From positions 108,252,001-108,316,000 of the forward strand of contig NC_135806.1 in assembly GCF_964213995.1 (NCBI RefSeq): a DNA stretch of 64,000 nucleotides, read 5' to 3'. The position numbers and the translations under genes are program-made. The stretch comes from Mustelus asterias. Lineage: Eukaryota. Below are positions 59,424 through 64,000 of this stretch, piece by piece. The notes beneath the pieces were generated by a model, which saw only the letters and a list, made by a program, of their open reading frames with translations, had not been told where the DNA came from and did no database searches. How positions within the stretch are numbered: position 1 is the first letter of the stretch; the number at the start of each line of letters is the position of its first letter.

Positions 59424-62400
59424 AGTAAACCCAACAGGAGAGGGAACGATTTTGGACTGTTTTCAGGATCACAAATGGATCAGTGGAATGGAGTGGCAGG
59501 TTGAACGGTTAAAGAAAAAGGGTGAGACTGACAAATACATAAATAATGTCAAGCATTTTAAAGGGGAGGATTCAGCAAAGAAGGGGAACTTAGGACAGAG
59601 ATAGAGGTCTAGAAAACCTATAGGTGTATATAAAGTATAGGGGGGAAAATTAGAAAGGAAAGCAAAGAGAGGAGATGAAAATACATTGGCAAGGAAAATC
59701 CCATAGGGAATTTTTTTTAAATATGGAAAGAAGAGGATAACTACAGTAAGAGTCAGGACTATTGGGAACATAAGGGTGTGTGGAGATGGGTTATAAATGG
59801 TATGGTTCTAAATGAATACAGTGTATCTGTTCTCACAAAAGAGAGGGATGATATAAACAGGGGATAGGAGTTTGATGAGATTAACATTGTGAGGGAGGAA
59901 CTGTGAAAGGGTTTAACATCTTTGAAAGTGAATGCTCCCAAGCCAGGACAAAATTCATCCTCGCCTGTTAAGGGAAGAAAAAGAAGAAATAATAAGGCTC
60001 TGGTATTCATTTCCAATCTTCCATCATGTTCCAAGTCAGACGAAGGGTCATCCAGACTCGAGACATTCGCTCTATTCTCTCTCCACAGATGCTGTTAGAT
60101 GTGCTGGGTTTCACCAGCATTTTCTGTTTTTGTTTCAGATTCCAGCATCCGCAGTATTTTGCCTTTATGATGTTCCAATCTTCTCTGGCTATAGGTGTGC
60201 TACCAGAGGTCTGGAGGACAGCTAATGTTGTACCATTGTTTAAAAAGGTCAAAATGAGTAGACTGAGAATTACAGGTCAGTCAGCCCAATCTTGATGATG
60301 GGAAAATTATTGAAAATTTATAGAGATGAGATGAGATAAATCTTCATTTAAAAGGACACAGATTTATCAAAGTCAGCCAGCACGGTTTAAGGGAAGGTCA
60401 TTGCTGCCTGAATGATTGAGTATTTTGAGGACAGAACAAGTAGGTTCAATGAGGATAATGCATTTGATGTCGTCTATATAAATTTTAGCAAGGCTTTTGA
60501 TGAGGTTGCAAATGACATGAAAGTAAAATTCCATGGCATGTAAGGCAAAATGGCAAATTGGATCCAAATCTGGCTCAGATGCAGGAAGAAAAAGGTCATT
60601 GTGAATGGGTGTTTCAGTGACTGTTTTCAGGACTTTGGACTTGAATGTAGGTGGTATGATTAAGCAGTTTGTAGACCATAGAAACACTAACTGTGTGGCT
60701 GATAATGAAGAAGGAAACTTTAAATTGGAAGAAGATATTAATGGACTAGTCAGGTGGGGCGAAGAGTGGCAAATGAGCTCGATTTGGAGGCGTGTGAGGG
60801 AATGCATTAGGGGAAGACTAACAAGGCAAGTGAATGCACAATAAGTTGTAGGCTACTGAGAAACATAGAGGAATGGAAGGATCTTGGTGTCAATGCCCCT
60901 GAGTTCTGAAGGTAGTTGGACAGATAGATAAGGTGGCCAAGAAGGCCTTTATTAGCTGAGGCATAGAGTATAAGAACTGGGAGATTCTCCAACTGTAAAA
61001 CACTAGTTAGGTCACAGCTGGAGTACTACGTGCAGTTCTGGTCACCACACGATAGGAAAGATGTGATTGTACTCGGAAGGGTACGAAGGAGATTTATGAA
61101 GATGTTACCTAGATTGGAGAATTTCAGTTATGAGAAAAGATTGGATAGGCTAGGATTGTTCTCTCTGGGACAGAGAAGACTGACAGGAGACCTAATTGAA
61201 GCGCATAAAATGATGAGAGCTATAGATAGCATGGATTAGAATGCCCCATTCCCCTTGATTGAGGGAATCGAAGGGTGTAGATTTAGGATAGGAAGTAAGA
61301 GTTGAGAGGGGATTGGGGGGAAATCTTTTCACCCAGGGGAAGTTGCTGCCTGAAAGAGCTGGAGAGGCAGAAACCATCAGAAAAGTACATGGGTATGCAC
61401 TTGAAGTTGTCTAATTTATATGACTACAGACCAAGTGCTGGGTGGCTACCTGTCAGCCAGTGCAAACATGATGGGCCAAATGCCTCCTTTTGTGCTAGAG
61501 ATTTCTATGTTTCCTATGACAACCCAAACTCAATCCTGTCCTCACCGAATAACCACTGGATCGTGACCAAGAACAGAAGTCACGGCAGACTTTTCTTTTC
61601 CTTGAATTCAAGACTGCCAGGGCCGAAAGTAAAATTCTTACTCTCATCCCAGCTGAGATCAGCCAATTCAGCACAGGAATGACACATGGTCTCTTTCTGC
61701 TCAATGTGGTTCACTTACTCCCTGACTAAAATCACCAAGCCATCAAAAGAATTGCCATATTTTGTGTGTACTACTAAAAACATGTTCTAAAGTGAATATA
61801 TATGCATGTTCTCCGCTAGTGAAGCAACGTTAATTGTCTGTAGTTTATTAGAGAGCCTGATAAAAATGGACAATGCTGGAATAATAGGCATCATTTTTCT
61901 TTGTTGGAGAATAATGATGATTACTTATTCTTGAATAATATGTAACAGAATGAAGCACAGATAATTTTCACACACAGGAACTTGTGAAGAGGATGTGAGT
62001 ACCTCACATTTTTCTGGTTTCAGTCTCATGTCTCTATCCACACAAAGTGGGAGAAACAGAAAGAAGTTGTGGGAATTCAGACAACATTTTTGACTAGATT
62101 TACAGTAGTATTGCAAACAATCTGAGAGCGTTCACACGAGAAACAGCTAACCATATGCTTAAGGAATAGAAATTAATCATTTCAAAGTGGCGTGTGGTTT
62201 GATGCTTCCAAGTTTGCACAGTAAATATTCCCAAATGACAACATTTTTGAAGAAAAAATAACCATTTTATTTATTGGAATCATTATTTACTAAATGAATT
62301 GCGGTCCATACTTTAAAGACTCAATGGCAATTATCAAAAACGATTTGGCAAATATTTCTGTATTCGGAGATTGAGGATATTTATGAGTGCTATGGAACAA

Positions 62401-63130
62401 CTTTGACTCAATGCCATTGAATAGTGATTGAATCACAGCGATTGATGAGGTGTATTTTATATCATGTGGTTCCAATAACTGATAAGAACTTTTAGCACGA
62501 TTAGTGAAGGCAGTTCCCATGTAATGTTTCCTCCACTTGTGGTAATCACTGTTAGAGCCCTAATTGTAATTTCTTGCAGAGGGGACTGCAGAATGCTGTA
62601 TTTAGAACTATGGAAATGTTGCGATACAGAAAGAGGCCATTCAGTTCATCATGTCTTCACCGGCCGAAAGAAAAGAAACTGGCTGCCCATTTTAATCCCA
62701 TTTTGCAGCACCTGGTTTGTAGCATTGCAGGTTACAGCACTTAAGATGCAGATCCAGGTCCCAAAAGAGAAAATGCTGGAAAATCTCAGCAGATCTGGCA
62801 GCATCTGTAAGGAGAGAAAAGAGTTGACGTTTCGAGTCCAGATGACCCTTTGTTAAAGTTAAAAGGCCTTTTAGCTTTGACAAAGCAGCAGCAAGCCCAG
62901 GACAGGATTGAAAAGTTAACTAAAAAGTTTTTTTTGGTGAAGTTTCTTTGTGGCCAGGTGAAGCGGAAGTGAGGCTTCCATCCCCACTGTTGCTACACCC
63001 CAACTGCTGGGGATCATGTTGTGAGTTTCCAGAGACAGCCTCTTGCCCCATTCACCTGCTCCCACCCACTGACTATACTCCTCGAACCGGCTTCAGATGG
63101 AAATCCGGGTTAACTTTTCATATAATTATC

Positions 63131-63778
63131 CCTGCAGTGCAGAAGGAGAAGGAAGCCATTCGGCCCATCGAGTCTCCACCGGCTCTCTGACAGAGCATCT
63201 TACTCAGGCTAACCCTCCCCTCGCCCTATCCCCATAGACCCACATACTTAAAGTTTAAAGTTTATTTATTAGTCTCAAGTAAGGCTTACATTAACACTAC
63301 AATGAAGTTACTGTGGAATTTCTCTAGTCGTCACACTCTCAGATTGTTTGCAATACTACTGTAAATCTAGTCAAAAATGTTGTCTGAATTCCCACAACTT
63401 CTCTCTGTTTCTCCCACTTTGTTCGGGTCAATGCACCTAACCAGCACATCTTTCAGACTGTGGGAGGAAACCGGAACACCTGGAGGAAACCCACGCAGGC
63501 ACGGGGAGAACATGCAAACTCCCCACAGACAGTGAGTGACCCAAGCCAGGAATCGAACCCGGGTCCCTGGCGCAGTGAAGCAGCAGTGCCAACCACTGTG
63601 CTACTGTGCCACCCCTACTGTGCTACTGTGCCGCCCCTATGGTGCTACCGTGCCACTCCCGTGCTACCTGTGCTGCCATGTCACCCTTGTGCTGCCGTGC
63701 CGCCCCTCATTAATCCCCCTAACCTTTACATCTTGGGACACTAAGGGGCAATTTAGCATGGCCTATCCATCTACCCTG
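63131..63778 (-). mobile_element. Nested SINEs: subfamily B (63250-63705) inside a subfamily A remnant; amplified head repeats at 63590-63705
   Basis: A-type tail 63131-63249 resumes at 63706; the B copy has tandem CTGTGC(C/T)AC repeats at its 5' end. Confidence 0.8.
63336..63422 (-). repeat. 87-bp inverted copy of unique sequence 62042-62128 inserted in a SINE
   Basis: 86/87 identical to the reverse complement of 62042-62128. Confidence 0.93.
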
Positions 63779-64000
63779 GACAACTTTTGCAAATCAAACC
63801 TCACCAACTCCATATCTATAGCACCTGCCTGACAATTACACTTTCCTCTCATTTCAATTCAGAAATTAGAAGCTTTCAAGAAGATATTTACAGGTGTTAC
63901 TTCATGTATGTTTCAAATACATCCAAACATGATTGTTAAAAGTTTCTTTATTTATAATATCTGGAAGAACAGTCATGAAATTTGCAGTTTTCCTTTCCCT

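Larger units (their letters stand above)
58450..61520 (+). mobile_element. Old degraded CR1 (ORF1 end to 3' tail) with nested Penelope pieces
   Basis: TTTAAACTAG junction; remnants of VVVTDFNHP, WRTANVVPLFKK, NFSKAFD, VQFWSPH; tail TTTCTATGTTTCCTATG. Confidence 0.8.

Overview
Vertebrate genomic DNA, very likely from a shark/ray (judged from HE1/V-type SINEs, abundant CR1 LINEs and Penelope fragments). The only host gene I can support is the 3' part of an NADP-dependent isocitrate dehydrogenase with IDH2-type exon structure: 8 coding exons on + (1537-43443), all GT-AG, intact reading frame, stop at 43441-43443. Most of the rest is transposon-derived: CR1 LINEs (one young copy with an intact 960-codon APE+RT ORF2), L2, Rex1/Babar-like and other non-LTR fragments, two SINE subfamilies, Penelope-like pieces carrying minimal hammerhead ribozyme motifs, PIF/Harbinger-like non-autonomous elements and a solo LTR. 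Most notable observations: (1) an in-frame U_UUA_AAC slippery site at the CR1 ORF1/ORF2 overlap, with no usable ATG for ORF2, suggesting -1 ribosomal frameshifting, and the same junction in a second diverged CR1; (2) two locally templated, microhomology-joined insertions inside SINEs, one of which copies the exon-9 acceptor tract and skips the exon; (3) a direct-repeat-flanked structured RNA module in the CR1 3' UTR; (4) an IDH2-like protein with several IDH1-type residues, possibly a separate paralog. All comparisons were made by eye and family assignments come from recalled motifs, not database searches.
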